Assembly (NCBI RefSeq): GCF_004010195.1
Contig: NC_057719.1
Location: forward strand, 34,153,042 to 34,217,041
From: Chiloscyllium plagiosum
Taxonomy: Eukaryota
Length of the DNA: 64,000 nt
Direction of reading: 5' to 3'
Below, in pieces: positions 62,761-64,000 of the stretch. How positions within the stretch are numbered: position 1 is the stretch's first letter; each line of letters starts with the position of its first letter. A program made the position numbers and the translations under genes. The notes under the pieces were generated by a model. The model searched no databases, was not told the DNA's origin, and saw nothing but the letters and a program-made list of their open reading frames with translations.

Positions 62761-63270
62761 CCTGCATGAAGGAAACTGATGGTCCTGAATATGTTAAAAG
62801 AAGTTTTTTTTCAGAAACAGGAAAAATCTGGATGCTGCAATGTACAGTTCCCACAGCCCCCATATGCTCCCCAACTACCCTGACTCAAGAGCACTGGGAA
62901 GAGGTTTCAGAGCAGGTTAGCAGGAAATGGGGAAGTGTCTGAATTAGTATTTTGTTTAGGCCCCAACCCTCCATGGCATGCATGCTTTAATTTTGAAAAT
63001 ACAGACTGAAAGAATACAGAAAAAGGCACAGTACAGGAGCGGGGTGGTTTTTGAGGATAATAACCATGATGGTGGGTGGACTGGTGGTCAACTCCATGTA
63101 AAGTCAGGGAGATATCAGATGAAAGTCAGATTTGGGGTGACAGAGCTGGGGGAGATTGGGGACTGGTGTTAGGGAAAGATCAGAAAAGAATGGAAGCTTC
63201 TCTTAATTCCTGCAGGTTTTTTTTGTTGTTGCAAGCAAATCCGTGCTGGTCGAAGAAAGATTCTATTTCA
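62043..63270. repeat. ~143-bp near-perfect inverted repeat (62043-62185 / 63130-63270)
   Basis: Arms differ by one substitution and poly-A length (10 vs 8). Confidence 0.95.
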
Positions 63271-63759
63271 TCAATAAAGTTTTTGTTCATATTTGCTGGC
63301 TGTTCAATTGGAATCCTTGACAACTCCTTGGCAATATATCTGCTGTGGTTTGATACTTTCCCTAAATGTATTCCATTATAGCTATTACAGCATTCTATCC
63401 AATCAGTCTTAGATGAAATCTACGCAATCTTCTTGGCATTTATGTAATTTCCTTGGTGTTCAATAAAGTTGTCAAACATTGTGAATTTTAACAGTAGGAC
63501 AGAATCAATTTTTTTTCTTACTTTTCCATGTAGCTGCTAGTGCTCCTTTCTCAACCACAGCATACCTTTTCTCCATTTTTGTCAATGTCCTTGATGCTTT
63601 GTAGACGAGTCTCTATTTTCCACCTTCCTGGATTTGGAATAGTACAGTTTCTAGTCCAGTCAAAGATGCATCTGCTGCAACTATTTATGGTAATTCTGGG
63701 TCACACTGACCTCAGATTTCTAGTGAGATAACTGTTGCCTTAATTTTCTGAAAGGACTT

Positions 63760-64000
63760 AGAACATAGAAAAATATAACACGGAATGGGCCCTTCGGCCC
63801 TCAATGTGGGGCTGACCTGTGAACTATCCTCAGCTCATCCCCCTACACTATCCCAAAATCATCCATGTGCTTATTCAAGGATTGTTTAAATCTCCCTAAT
63901 GTGGCTGAGTTAATTACATTGACAGGTAGGGCATTCCATACCCTTTCTACTCTCTGGGTAAAGAACCTGTCTCTGACATCTGTCTTAAATCTAATCCTCT
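63760..64000 (-). mobile_element. CR1 3' end (runs off the window)
   Basis: AGAACATAGAA tail, GGCCCTTCGGCCC; FFTQRV..WNALP on - strand. Confidence 0.8.

Overview
This is vertebrate genomic DNA, almost certainly from a shark or other elasmobranch. That is inferred from HE1-type V-SINEs with (CTAAT)n tails, HER1/CR1 LINEs and Deu-domain SINEs. The window is intronic or intergenic, with no recognisable host gene, and is dominated by decayed transposons: CR1/L2, Rex1, Tx1, RTE, two lineages of Penelope-like elements (PLEs), a fragmented Gypsy-type (probably Gmr1-like) LTR element, a second gag remnant, SINEs and a TA-flanked MITE. There are two assembly gaps. The most notable structure is three sequence families of minimal hammerhead ribozymes (CUGANGA, one extra nt, stem II, GAAA, palindromic stem III). 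Two of these families occur as about a dozen short (80-350 bp) insertions, most with 9-17 bp target-site duplications. Several are built as inverted repeats carrying a hammerhead on each strand, which resembles a non-autonomous, retrozyme-like system mobilised by PLEs. Family names come from recall of motifs, not database searches, and the boundaries of old repeats are approximate.
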